The notes beneath the pieces were generated by a model that was not told where the DNA came from, did no database searches, and worked only from the letters and a program-made list of their open reading frames with translations. A program made the position numbers and the translations under genes. Source: Clostridia bacterium (GTDB lineage Bacteria > Bacillota > Clostridia > Oscillospirales > QAKW01). Taken from it: a DNA stretch of 64,000 nucleotides. Location of the stretch: contig JAGBEI010000013.1 in assembly GCA_017937065.1 (NCBI GenBank), forward strand, positions 31,333-95,332. Direction: 5' to 3'. This document shows, piece by piece, positions 8,439-17,441 of the stretch (positions are counted from its first letter, which is position 1; each line of letters starts with the position of its first letter).

Positions 8439-9830
8439 ATGGTACATATGAAACTGATAAAAGATAAGAATTTTTATAAAATGCTGTTTGCGATTTGTAT
8501 TCCCATAGCACTTCAGAACGTAATCACGCAGGCGACAAGCATTGCCGACACTCTTATGCTGGGAGCTGCCGACTCAAGCGGGGCGCTTCTTTCCGCCTCA
8601 TCTCTTGCAAACAATCCGTTTTTTATACTGTCGCTTGTCTGCTTCGGTCTGGCAAGCGGCTCAGCTATACTTTCGGCACAGTACTGGGGAAAAAACGACC
8701 TGCCGGCAATCCGCACGATAATTTCAATGGTAGTAAAGCTGGGCGCCGCAATAGGTCTCATCTTCGGACTGATAGTTATAATCTTTCCCGAACAGGTCAT
8801 GCGCATCTTTTCAAACAACGAAATATTTATAAATGCAGGCGCACAGTATCTGAAAATAATCGGCTTTGCCTATGCGTTTTTTGCATTCGGGAATACTCTG
8901 TTATGCGCCCTGCGCGGAGTGGAAATCGTTAAAATTTCGGTTGTTGTCAACCTTTCCGGTCTTGTTACCAACATATTTTTGAACTGGGTGCTTATTTTCG
9001 GCAACCTCGGCGCGCCCGCAATGGGCATAAAAGGCGCGGCAGTCGCAACGCTTATAGCAAGGCTTGTTGAGTTTACCGTCACTGTGGTTTATGTATTCGG
9101 CATTGACAAAAAGCTCGGACTGCGGCTGCGTCATTTGCTGCGGTTCAATAAGTTGCTGGCACACGACCTTGTAAAATACAGCACGCCCGTTGTAATAAAC
9201 GAGGTGATGTGGTCCCTTGCAATAAGCATGCAGGCGGTGATACTGGGGCATATCGAATATTCGTCAGGAGACCCTGTCGCCTCCAACACGATTGCCGCGA
9301 TGATTTATCAGCTGGCGTCGGTTGTCATATTCGGAGTTGCAAACGCGGCGGCTGTCGTTGTCGGCAAGGCGATAGGCGAAAAGCAGGAGCAGCAGGCGCT
9401 CGAACGCGCGCACACTCTGAAGCTCATGAGTCTCCTGCTGGGCGTTTTGACATTCGGCATAATTTTACTGCTGCGTCCGCTCATACTCGGTCTCTACGAT
9501 CTGCCCGAACAGACGATAGCTCTCACCCACGACATGATATTTGTAACAGCGGTAACGTCGATTTTCGTAAGCATTGCTTCGGTCAGCATTGTGGGTATAC
9601 TGCGCGGCGCGGGGGACACGCGCTTCTGCCTCATTATCGAGCTTGTGCTTCTGTGGGGCGTTGCAATACCGGCGGCGCTGATTGCAGTATACTTCCGTCT
9701 GCCGGTGCCGCTGGTGCTCGCACTGATGAAATCAGACGAGCTTTTAAAGGCGGTTGTCTGTCTTATAAGACTGCACGGCAAAAAGTGGCTTAATTCAGTA
9801 ACGCGCGACAAGCTGAACATCGCACAGTAA
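8439..9830 (+). CDS. MATE-family efflux transporter
   Basis: 463 aa with 12 TM-like segments. The N-terminus (FYKMLFAICIPIALQNVI) is typical of MATE/NorM proteins. Confidence 0.85.
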   Translation: MVHMKLIKDKNFYKMLFAICIPIALQNVITQATSIADTLMLGAADSSGALLSASSLANNPFFILSLVCFGLASGSAILSAQYWGKNDLPAIRTIISMVVKLGAAIGLIFGLIVIIFPEQVMRIFSNNEIFINAGAQYLKIIGFAYAFFAFGNTLLCALRGVEIVKISVVVNLSGLVTNIFLNWVLIFGNLGAPAMGIKGAAVATLIARLVEFTVTVVYVFGIDKKLGLRLRHLLRFNKLLAHDLVKYSTPVVINEVMWSLAISMQAVILGHIEYSSGDPVASNTIAAMIYQLASVVIFGVANAAAVVVGKAIGEKQEQQALERAHTLKLMSLLLGVLTFGIILLLRPLILGLYDLPEQTIALTHDMIFVTAVTSIFVSIASVSIVGILRGAGDTRFCLIIELVLLWGVAIPAALIAVYFRLPVPLVLALMKSDELLKAVVCLIRLHGKKWLNSVTRDKLNIAQ

Positions 9831-9840
9831 TCAAAATCAA

Positions 9841-9870
9841 AAGCAGCAGGATTTTATCCTGCTGCTTTTT
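9841..9870. terminator. Bidirectional intrinsic terminator between convergent genes
   Basis: Stem AAGCAGCAGGA pairs with TCCTGCTGCTT around loop TTTTA. It has a T-run on the + side and an A-run upstream. Confidence 0.8.
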
Positions 9871-9871
9871 A

Positions 9872-10885
9872 TCACTGCTTTTTAAACGAATACTCCGTCG
9901 CCGTTTCAAAAACCTCTCCCGCCTTTACAAGACATGACGGAAAATCCGGATTATTGGGAGTGTCGGGCCAGAACTGCGTTTCAAGGCAAAACGCATAGTA
10001 TTTTGTAAGCGGCAGACCGCCCTTTCCGCACGGCTCGTCCAGCATATTCGCCGTGTACAGCTGCACGCCCGGAAGATCGGTCGAACAGGTAAGAGTAATG
10101 CCGCTTTCGGGACAGTAAGCGACAACCGCGTCCTTTTTATACCCGCGCTCTTTGCTCAGAACAAAGTTATGGTCATACCCGCCGCCCAGCTTCAGCTGCG
10201 GGTGTTCTCCCGCAATATCACGGCCTATCGGCTTGGGCTGCCTGAAGTCAAACTCCGTATCCGTCACGTCCATAAGCCCGCCAGTAGGAATAAGCAGGCT
10301 GTCAACCGGGGTTATCGCATCGGCTTTTATTTGCAAAGCGGTTGACAAATTGTTCTTTGCGCCGAGATTGAAATACGCATGATTTGTAAAGTTCATTACC
10401 GTATCCTTATCGGACACCGCTCTGTAAGCGAGCGTTAAGATATCATTTTTCACGGTAAACGTCACCGACATTTCAAGGTTTCCGGGATATCCGCCCTCGC
10501 CGTCAGGCGAGCATATGGTAAATTTCACGGCATTGTCTGCAACCGCCTCTCCCCTGTACATGCGGTGCGAAAAGCCGCAGTCACCGCCGTGAAGTGAGTT
10601 TACGCCGTTGTCGTTTTTGTCCACACTGTATTCTGCACCGTTTATTTCAAACCGAGCTCCTCCGATACGATTGGCATACCGCCCGACGGTTGCGCCCTGA
10701 TGCGACCCGCCGCCGACATATCCGTCAAGGTCGTCATAGCCCGCAACGCAGTCCACGCCCTCAAAAAAAATGTTATGTATCGTCGCGCCGTACTCCATGA
10801 TATTGACGGTCAGTCCCCCGTCGCTTATTGTAAATTCGTGCACATCGGCGCCGTCTAACGTGCCGATAACCTTTTTTTCAACCAT
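9872..10885 (-). CDS. galM: Aldose 1-epimerase (galactose mutarotase)
   Basis: 337 aa. GATIHNI ... GRYANRI ... NSLHGG ... FTNHAYFNL ... YDHNFVL are mutarotase signature blocks. Confidence 0.85.
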   Translation of the reverse strand: MVEKKVIGTLDGADVHEFTISDGGLTVNIMEYGATIHNIFFEGVDCVAGYDDLDGYVGGGSHQGATVGRYANRIGGARFEINGAEYSVDKNDNGVNSLHGGDCGFSHRMYRGEAVADNAVKFTICSPDGEGGYPGNLEMSVTFTVKNDILTLAYRAVSDKDTVMNFTNHAYFNLGAKNNLSTALQIKADAITPVDSLLIPTGGLMDVTDTEFDFRQPKPIGRDIAGEHPQLKLGGGYDHNFVLSKERGYKKDAVVAYCPESGITLTCSTDLPGVQLYTANMLDEPCGKGGLPLTKYYAFCLETQFWPDTPNNPDFPSCLVKAGEVFETATEYSFKKQ

Positions 10886-10984
10886 TTTTATTTCCTCCGC
10901 AGCTTATTTATTATAATTATGTAGAATAAGTCTTGTTTTGTCAACAGTTTATTGCTATAATTTTACTGTACGGAGGATAAAGCT

Positions 10985-11647
10985 ATGGTAAATATAGGCA
11001 ACAGCTGGGACAGGCTTTTGGCGGATCAGTTTGAATCGGAATACTATAAAAATCTGAGGCAATTTTTAAAGCACGAGTATTCTCACTATACAATTTATCC
11101 GCATATGAACGATATTTTCAACGCGCTGCGCATGACGGACTACGACAGCGTGCGTGTGGTGCTGCTCGGACAAGACCCGTATCACGGTCCGGGTCAGGCG
11201 CACGGCATGTGCTTTTCGGTTAAGGACGGCGTGGAGCCGCCGCCCTCGCTTGTAAATATTTTCAAAGAGCTGAAAAGCGACCTCGGTATCGACCCGCCCC
11301 AAAGCGGAAATCTGACCCGCTGGGCACAAAACGGCGTTTTGCTGCTCAACACCGTGCTGACGGTACGCGCAGGACAGGCGGGCTCTCACCGCAATCAGGG
11401 CTGGGAAAAGCTGACCGACAGGATAATAGAGCTTTTAAATGAGCGGGAAAAGCCCATGGTTTTCATGCTTTGGGGACGCCCCGCGCGGGAAAAAGCACGG
11501 CTTATCACCAACCCCGCGCATCTTATATTGGAGTGCGCGCACCCGTCGCCGCTTTCGGCGTACAACGGGTTTTTCGGCTGCCGTCACTTTTCAAAGGCTG
11601 CCGAGTTTTTACGGCAAAACGGTATGGATATGGACTGGCGGCTGTAA
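10985..11647 (+). CDS. ung: Uracil-DNA glycosylase
   Basis: VVLLGQDPYHGPGQAHGMCFSV and HPSPLSA are the family-1 UDG catalytic motifs. Confidence 0.95.
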   Translation: MVNIGNSWDRLLADQFESEYYKNLRQFLKHEYSHYTIYPHMNDIFNALRMTDYDSVRVVLLGQDPYHGPGQAHGMCFSVKDGVEPPPSLVNIFKELKSDLGIDPPQSGNLTRWAQNGVLLLNTVLTVRAGQAGSHRNQGWEKLTDRIIELLNEREKPMVFMLWGRPAREKARLITNPAHLILECAHPSPLSAYNGFFGCRHFSKAAEFLRQNGMDMDWRL

Positions 11648-11658
11648 ACAATTTTATC

Positions 11659-11687
11659 TTGACAACCGCACACGGCGGTTGTATAAT
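11659..11687 (+). promoter_or_regulatory. Sigma-A type promoter of the thiamine operon
   Basis: TTGACA (11659-11664), a 17-nt spacer and TATAAT (11682-11687) are all present. Confidence 0.7.
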
Positions 11688-11694
11688 CTTATCG

Positions 11695-11835
11695 AAAAAA
11701 GGGAGCTTGGTTGAACCTTGCTGAGAGTGGGCTGTGTTGCCCTGACCTTACCTGATTTGGATAATGCCAACGTAGGGACATAAAACAGGCGCGTTTTCAG
11801 GGCGCGGTGTCTTTTGTTGGCACCGCGCTTTTTAT
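11695..11835 (+). promoter_or_regulatory. TPP riboswitch (THI element) with terminator expression platform
   Basis: The THI-box core CTGAGAG ... CCCTGACC ... ACCTGATTTGGATAATGCCAACGTAGGGA is present. It is followed by the hairpin GCGCGGTG/CACCGCGC and TTTTT at 11802-11833. Confidence 0.9.
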
Positions 11836-11851
11836 ATGAAAGGAAAAGAAA

Positions 11852-12670
11852 ATGAAACAAAGTCTTGAAAACGTAAGAAAAACGTGTCCGCTGATTCACT
11901 GCATCACAAACTATGTGACCGTAAACGACGTTGCAAACGCGCTTCTGGCAATCGGCGGTTCGCCCATTATGGCGGACGATATCCGCGAAACCTCCGACAT
12001 AACCTCCATCTGCTCGGCGCTTGTTATAAATATCGGCACGTTGAACGAGCGCACAATTCCCGCGATGTTCAATGCGGGACAGACTGCAAAAAAACTCGGT
12101 CACACCGTGGTTTTAGACCCGGTGGGCGCGGGCGCATCGCCGCTTCGCACCGAAACCGCCCTTGAGCTTTTGGAAAAAATAAGACCTGATGTCATTCGCG
12201 GAAACATTTCGGAAATCAAAACGCTGGCGCACGGCAGCGGCTTTACATCGGGCGTCGACGCCGCCGAGGGCGACACGGTTACAGAGCAAAACCTTGATGC
12301 CTCTGTGCGTTTTGTAAAGGATTTTGCAAAAAGCTGCGGCGCCGTTGTGGCTGTCACGGGAAAAATCGACCTTGTAAGCGACGGCGGCAAGTGCTATGTC
12401 ATTACAAACGGAGCGGCACAGATGAGCCGTATCACAGGCACGGGCTGTCAGCTCTCGGCTCTGACCGCGGCGTTTGCGGCTGCCAATTCACAGGATAAAT
12501 GCACCGCTGTCGCCGCGGCTGTATGCTCAATGGGCTATGCGGGCGAGCTCGGCGTTTTGCGCATGAGCGAAAACGACGGCAACTGCGCTCTGCGCGGCTA
12601 TATAATAGACGGACTTTACAATATGACGGGGGACAAACTCCAAAGGGGCGCAAAGTATGAAATCAGATGA
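11852..12670 (+). CDS. thiM: Hydroxyethylthiazole kinase
   Basis: PLIHCITNYVTVNDVANALLAIGGSPIMA and DPVGAGAS are ThiM motifs. Confidence 0.9.
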   Translation: MKQSLENVRKTCPLIHCITNYVTVNDVANALLAIGGSPIMADDIRETSDITSICSALVINIGTLNERTIPAMFNAGQTAKKLGHTVVLDPVGAGASPLRTETALELLEKIRPDVIRGNISEIKTLAHGSGFTSGVDAAEGDTVTEQNLDASVRFVKDFAKSCGAVVAVTGKIDLVSDGGKCYVITNGAAQMSRITGTGCQLSALTAAFAAANSQDKCTAVAAAVCSMGYAGELGVLRMSENDGNCALRGYIIDGLYNMTGDKLQRGAKYEIR

Positions 12671-13283
12671 CCTTTTGCTGTACGCCGTTACCGACCGTGC
12701 CTGGCTTGGCGGCAGAACGCTTGTGCACGACGCAGAGCTTGCCATAAAGGGCGGCGCAACGATGCTCCAGCTGCGCGAAAAGCATATCGACCGCGAGCTG
12801 TTTATGACCGAAGCTAAAGAGCTTAAGGCGCTGTGCGACCGCTACGGGGTGACATTTATAGTAAACGACGACGTTGATCTTGCACTGAAATGCGGCGCGC
12901 ACGGCGTACATGTCGGACAGAGCGACGAGGACGCCGCCTGTGCGCGAAAAAAGTTAGGCGACGATAAAATAATCGGAGTCTCGGCGGCTACGGTGGAGCA
13001 GGCAGTCGCAGCGCAGGCGGCGGGCGCGGACTATATCGGCGTCGGCGCGGTTTTCCCGACGGATACAAAGTCGGACGCGGACGCGGTGTCGCTTGATACC
13101 CTGCGTGCAATTTGCAGCGCCGTATCAATTCCCGTCGTCGCCATCGGCGGCATTACGCGCGATAACATTTTGCGGCTTGCGGGCAGCGGCATTTCGGGCG
13201 TGGCAGTTGTCAGCGCGATATTTGCGGCAGACGACATAGAGGACGCTGCAAGGGAGCTTACGGAGCTTTCAAAACAGCTGTAA
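12657..13283 (+). CDS. thiE: Thiamine-phosphate synthase
   Basis: LYAVTDR ... LQLREK ... FIVNDDVDLA ... GVHVGQSD ... IGGI are ThiE blocks. The gene overlaps the end of thiM by 14 nt. Confidence 0.9.
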   Translation: MKSDDLLLYAVTDRAWLGGRTLVHDAELAIKGGATMLQLREKHIDRELFMTEAKELKALCDRYGVTFIVNDDVDLALKCGAHGVHVGQSDEDAACARKKLGDDKIIGVSAATVEQAVAAQAAGADYIGVGAVFPTDTKSDADAVSLDTLRAICSAVSIPVVAIGGITRDNILRLAGSGISGVAVVSAIFAADDIEDAARELTELSKQL

Positions 13284-13305
13284 CATAATTTTTAGGAGAT
13301 ATACA

Positions 13306-13968
13306 ATGATAAAAGCGGTACTTTTTGATATGGACGGCACGATTGTCGATTCAATGGGCGTGTGGAAACACGCGGGCAGCACATACGTGCGGTCGCTCGG
13401 AATTGCGCCCGAGCATGACCTTGACGATAAAATTTTCCACATGAATATGACGCAGTTTATTGATTATATCAAAAAGACCTATTCGATAGATACGCCGTTT
13501 GACGGTATTTTAAGGGATATAAACGACCAGATGACAAGGCTTTATTCAGCCGTCGGGCAAAAAAGCGGCGCCCGCGACCTGCTTTTTGCGCTCAAAAAGG
13601 CAGGCTTTACGCTAATTCTTGCAACAGCGTCGGGCGAGGATATCGCAAAGCCCGTGCTGTCCAGGCTGAATATGTGGGATATTTTTGATTACCATTACTG
13701 CAATATATCAAAATCCAAGCCCGATATCTTTTATAAAATCGCCGATGATATCGGCGTTAAGCCGTGTCAGTGCTGCATCGCCGAGGATACCCTGTCGTCT
13801 GCCGCGGGCGCCAAGAGCGCCGGGCTTAAGGTAATCGGCGTGTATGACGGCATCACAAAATTTTATCAGGGTGATATCAAGGATATATCCGATTTGTATT
13901 ATATGACGCTTGATAATACAGACAGTATAGTAGAAGACATAAAAAACATTTGTTTGCAGCCGGTTTAA
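13306..13968 (+). CDS. HAD-IA family phosphatase embedded in the thiamine operon
   Basis: VLFDMDGTIVDS (motif I), LATAS (motif II) and EDTLSSAAGAKSAG (motif IV region) are present. The gene sits between thiE and thiD. Confidence 0.8.
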   Translation: MIKAVLFDMDGTIVDSMGVWKHAGSTYVRSLGIAPEHDLDDKIFHMNMTQFIDYIKKTYSIDTPFDGILRDINDQMTRLYSAVGQKSGARDLLFALKKAGFTLILATASGEDIAKPVLSRLNMWDIFDYHYCNISKSKPDIFYKIADDIGVKPCQCCIAEDTLSSAAGAKSAGLKVIGVYDGITKFYQGDIKDISDLYYMTLDNTDSIVEDIKNICLQPV

Positions 13969-14047
13969 ACCGGTTACATAAAACCAAAGCGGCAGGTCGG
14001 GGGCACCACTTTCTGCCGCTATACAAAATTAATGTGAGGAAAAGAAA

Positions 14048-14839
14048 ATGAAAACAGCATTAACAATCGCAGGAAGCGATTCCTGCGGAGGCGCCGGAAT
14101 ACAAGCTGACATCAAGACCATGACCGCCAACGGCGTTTACGCCATGAGCGCGGTCGCGGCTCTTACCGCTCAGAACACAACCGGCGTTCAGGGGATTTTT
14201 AACGTAAGTCCCGAATTTTTGGGACTTCAGCTTGACTGCATTTTTACGGATATCTATCCCGACGCAGTAAAAATCGGCATGATGTCGAATGCCGGGCTTA
14301 TAGATGTTACGGCGCGAAAGCTCAGGGAGTACGGCGCGCGCAGCATCGTCACAGACCCCGTAATGGTCGCAACCAGCGGCGCAAGGCTTATAGACGACAG
14401 CGCGGTTTTGACGCTGACGGAAAAGCTGTTTCCGCTGAGCCGCGTCATCACCCCCAACATTCCCGAAGCCCGCGTGCTTTGCGGACAGGAAATCAAAAAC
14501 GAGCGCGATATGGAAACGGCTGCAAGGACTATAAGCGAAAAATACGGATGCGCAGTTTTGTTAAAGGGCGGGCACAGCGTAAGCGACGCGTCCGACCTGC
14601 TTGTTGACGGCAGCCTGATACAATGGTTTCGCGGCACACGGATTGACAACCCCAACACACACGGCACGGGCTGTACTCTTTCCAGCGCCGTTGCGTCAAA
14701 CTTAGCAAAGGGTATGGAGCTGAGACTTGCGGTGGAGCATGCCAAGCGCTACATTTCGGGCGCGCTTGTCGCAGGCTTGAACCTCGGACAGGGCGCAGGC
14801 CCGCTCAATCACGCTTTTGATATCAGGGGGGAATATTAA
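14048..14839 (+). CDS. thiD: Hydroxymethylpyrimidine/phosphomethylpyrimidine kinase
   Basis: LTIAGSDSCGGAGIQADIKT ... DPVMVATSG ... THGTGCTLSSA are ThiD motifs. Confidence 0.9.
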   Translation: MKTALTIAGSDSCGGAGIQADIKTMTANGVYAMSAVAALTAQNTTGVQGIFNVSPEFLGLQLDCIFTDIYPDAVKIGMMSNAGLIDVTARKLREYGARSIVTDPVMVATSGARLIDDSAVLTLTEKLFPLSRVITPNIPEARVLCGQEIKNERDMETAARTISEKYGCAVLLKGGHSVSDASDLLVDGSLIQWFRGTRIDNPNTHGTGCTLSSAVASNLAKGMELRLAVEHAKRYISGALVAGLNLGQGAGPLNHAFDIRGEY

Positions 14840-14840
14840 A

Positions 14841-16043
14841 ATGGGAAAAACAAATAACTCAGCGCACGTTTGCGCCGAAAACGGCACCTCGCTTTTTGCC
14901 AACGGGCTTATCTGGTTCGGCGCGGGAGTGTCGCTGGCTGAAATCCTGTCAGGCACAAGCTTTGCACCGCTTGGGCTTGCGCGGGGCGCGCTTGCGATTT
15001 TACTGGGACACCTTATCGGCGGCGTGCTCATGTTTTTAGCGGGCGTTATCGGCGCCAAAACGCGCAAAAGCTCAATGGAAACGGTGAAGCTCTCATTCGG
15101 AAAATACGGCAGTCTGCTTTTCAGCGTACTGAACATAGTACAGCTTGTCGGCTGGACGGCAATCATGATTTATGACGGAGCGCTTGCCGCAGACGGCATT
15201 TTCGGCGTCGGCAGCTGGGTCTGGTGCCTGGTCATCGGCGTGCTCATTGCAATGTGGATATTCGTGGGAATAAAAAGCCTTGAAAAGCTGAACACCGCCG
15301 CAATGGCGCTTTTATTTATTGTGACGCTTGTGCTCTGCAAGGTGATATTTTTTGACGGAAACGGCGTCTGGAGCAGCTCCGAGGGGCTTTCATTCGGCGC
15401 GGCGGTCGAGCTGGCAATAGCAATGCCGCTTTCATGGCTCCCGCTCATCAGCGACTATACAAGCAAGGCGCAAAAGCCCGTCAAAGCGTCGGCTGTAAGC
15501 GCCGTAACGTACAGCATTATAAGCTGCTGGATGTACTTTATCGGAATGGGCGCCGCGGCGCTGGCGGGCAGCTCGGACATCGCGCAGATTATGCTCGGCG
15601 CGGGGCTTGGCATAGCAGGGCTTGTGATAATTATATTTTCAACGGTTACAACCACCTATCTTGACGCATTTTCGGCGGGGGTTTCCGCCGTAACACTCAG
15701 CAAAAAAATCAGCGACAGGTGGTTTGCGCTGGCGGTCACGGGAATAGGCACTCTGCTGGCAATAATTTTCCCGATGGACGATATAACGGGATTTCTCTAT
15801 TTTATCGGCTCGGTCTTCGCGCCTATGATTGCGGTGCTCATCGCCGATTTCTTTGTATTAAAGCGCAGCAGCGCCGATACCGGCTTGGATATCACAAATC
15901 TTATCGTCTGGTTTGCAGGCTTTGTCTGCTATCGGCTGTTTTTGCACATCGACCTCATAACGGGCAGCACAATCCCCGCAATGGCGGTGACCTTTGTCCT
16001 GTGCCTTGCGGTCGGAATTATAAGAAAGAAGTTCTCAAAATGA
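14841..16043 (+). CDS. cytX: Putative hydroxymethylpyrimidine/thiamine-precursor permease (CytX-like, NCS1 family)
   Basis: About 400 aa with 12 TM-like segments. It sits in the TPP-regulated operon next to thiD. ATG 14841 lies after a G-rich RBS. Confidence 0.65.
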   Translation: MGKTNNSAHVCAENGTSLFANGLIWFGAGVSLAEILSGTSFAPLGLARGALAILLGHLIGGVLMFLAGVIGAKTRKSSMETVKLSFGKYGSLLFSVLNIVQLVGWTAIMIYDGALAADGIFGVGSWVWCLVIGVLIAMWIFVGIKSLEKLNTAAMALLFIVTLVLCKVIFFDGNGVWSSSEGLSFGAAVELAIAMPLSWLPLISDYTSKAQKPVKASAVSAVTYSIISCWMYFIGMGAAALAGSSDIAQIMLGAGLGIAGLVIIIFSTVTTTYLDAFSAGVSAVTLSKKISDRWFALAVTGIGTLLAIIFPMDDITGFLYFIGSVFAPMIAVLIADFFVLKRSSADTGLDITNLIVWFAGFVCYRLFLHIDLITGSTIPAMAVTFVLCLAVGIIRKKFSK

Positions 16044-16657
16044 AATGTGTAATCATAGGCGGCGCGCCTATTTCAAATTATGAGGCGGCGGGAAAATATA
16101 TTGACGGCGATGATTTCATAATATGCTGTGACAGCGGTCTTTACCACGCTCAGGGGCTTGGTGCAGTCCCGTCGCTTATAGTAGGCGATTTTGACTCGCA
16201 TCCTGCGCCCGATACGGACATTGAAACCATCACGCTGCCCTGTGAGAAGGATGACACGGATACGGTATTTGCGGCAAAAACCGCGGTAGAGCGCGGATAT
16301 GACGAATTTGTGCTTTTGGGCGCTGCCGGCGGCAGGCTTGATCACACGCTGTGCAATGTTTCAATTCTGCTTTTCCTGTTTGAAAGAGGCAAGCGCGCCG
16401 TGCTTGCCGATGATTTTTCGGAAATGGAGATTGTCGGAGCGCAGGAAAAGCAGGTTGACAGCTCCTTTTCCTACTTTTCGCTCATAAGCCTTGGCGGTAC
16501 CGCGCAGGGCGTCACCGTGACGGGCGCCAAATACCCGCTTTGCGACGCCCAAATCAAGTGCGATTATCAGTACGGGGTCAGCAACGAGGTATCGGGCAGC
16601 CTTCCCGCAAGGGTGAGCTGCCGTCACGGCAGACTCCTGCTTATAAAAGTGAGATAA
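16040..16657 (+). CDS. thiN: Thiamine pyrophosphokinase
   Basis: MKCVIIGGAP ... CCDSGL ... LIVGDFDS ... KDDTD ... LLGAAGGRLDH are TPK blocks. ATG 16040 overlaps the cytX stop (ATGA). The track ORF start at 15719 is an in-frame upstream extension. Confidence 0.85.
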   Translation: MKCVIIGGAPISNYEAAGKYIDGDDFIICCDSGLYHAQGLGAVPSLIVGDFDSHPAPDTDIETITLPCEKDDTDTVFAAKTAVERGYDEFVLLGAAGGRLDHTLCNVSILLFLFERGKRAVLADDFSEMEIVGAQEKQVDSSFSYFSLISLGGTAQGVTVTGAKYPLCDAQIKCDYQYGVSNEVSGSLPARVSCRHGRLLLIKVR

Positions 16658-16664
16658 AATCTAT

Positions 16665-16695
16665 AAAAGGCTTCCGCGGGGGAAGCCTTTTATTA
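16665..16695 (+). terminator. Intrinsic terminator of the thiamine operon
   Basis: Stem AAAAGGCTTCC pairs with GGAAGCCTTTT around loop GCGGG, followed by a T-rich tail. Confidence 0.8.
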
Positions 16696-16772
16696 TTACG
16701 CTTTTGTCACATCGTTGAAAATTAAAAATATTTATGATAAAATCATAAAAAAGCAAAAAGGCGGTTACCTTT

Positions 16773-17441
16773 ATGAACAGTATTCTTCTTGTGGAGGACG
16801 ACTCGGTAATAATAAAGAGTCTGACGGAGTTTTTAAGCGGCGAGGGCTTTTCGGTGGCACATGCCGACGGACAGTCTAAAGCGATAGCAATGATGGAGGA
16901 GAGCAGCTTTGATATACTTCTTATCGATATTTCACTGAAGGAGGGAAACGGCTTTGCCGTGTGCGCATGTGCTAAGGAAAAGGGGCTGCCGGTTATCTTT
17001 CTGACGGCGTCGGGCGACGAATACAGCGTTGTAACGGGTCTTGACATGGGCGCCGACGACTATATTTCAAAACCGTTCCGCCCGAGAGAGCTTGTGTCGC
17101 GGATAAGAAGCGTTTTGCGCCGCTGCGGAAAAATGCGCTCGGTCATAACGCTGGGCGACGTTACGGTGGATACGGACAAGGGCGTTGTTGAGCGATGCGG
17201 CACGGACGTTTTTTTGTCCGCGCTCGAATACAGGCTTTTACTGGTGCTGCTCAATAACCGCGGGGTCATCATGTCGCGCTCCAAGCTGCTGGAGGATATC
17301 TGGGACGTGACGGGAGACTTTGTCAACGACAACACACTGACCGTTTACATCAAACGCCTTCGGGAAAAAATAGAAAACGACCCGCAAAACCCAGACATTA
17401 TAAAGACGGTGCGCGGCATCGGATATAAAATAGAGCTATGA
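16773..17441 (+). CDS. OmpR-family response regulator
   Basis: A receiver domain (ILLVEDD ... LLIDISL ... FLTA) is joined to a winged-helix output (LEYRLL ... VRGIGYK). Confidence 0.9.
   Translation: MNSILLVEDDSVIIKSLTEFLSGEGFSVAHADGQSKAIAMMEESSFDILLIDISLKEGNGFAVCACAKEKGLPVIFLTASGDEYSVVTGLDMGADDYISKPFRPRELVSRIRSVLRRCGKMRSVITLGDVTVDTDKGVVERCGTDVFLSALEYRLLLVLLNNRGVIMSRSKLLEDIWDVTGDFVNDNTLTVYIKRLREKIENDPQNPDIIKTVRGIGYKIEL

Noticed and set aside
13969-14047. A possible second TPP riboswitch or terminator between the HAD gene and thiD.
   Set aside because: No THI-box core (CTGAGA...ACCTGATCTGGATAATGCC) is present. There is only a hairpin (GCGGCAG...CTGCCGC) without a U-tract, so read-through within one operon is more likely.
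15719-16039. A 107-codon N-terminal extension of the thiN ORF, from the track start at 15719.
   Set aside because: The extension lies entirely inside cytX in another frame. The conserved TPK N-terminus (MKCVIIGG) begins at ATG 16040, which overlaps the cytX stop.
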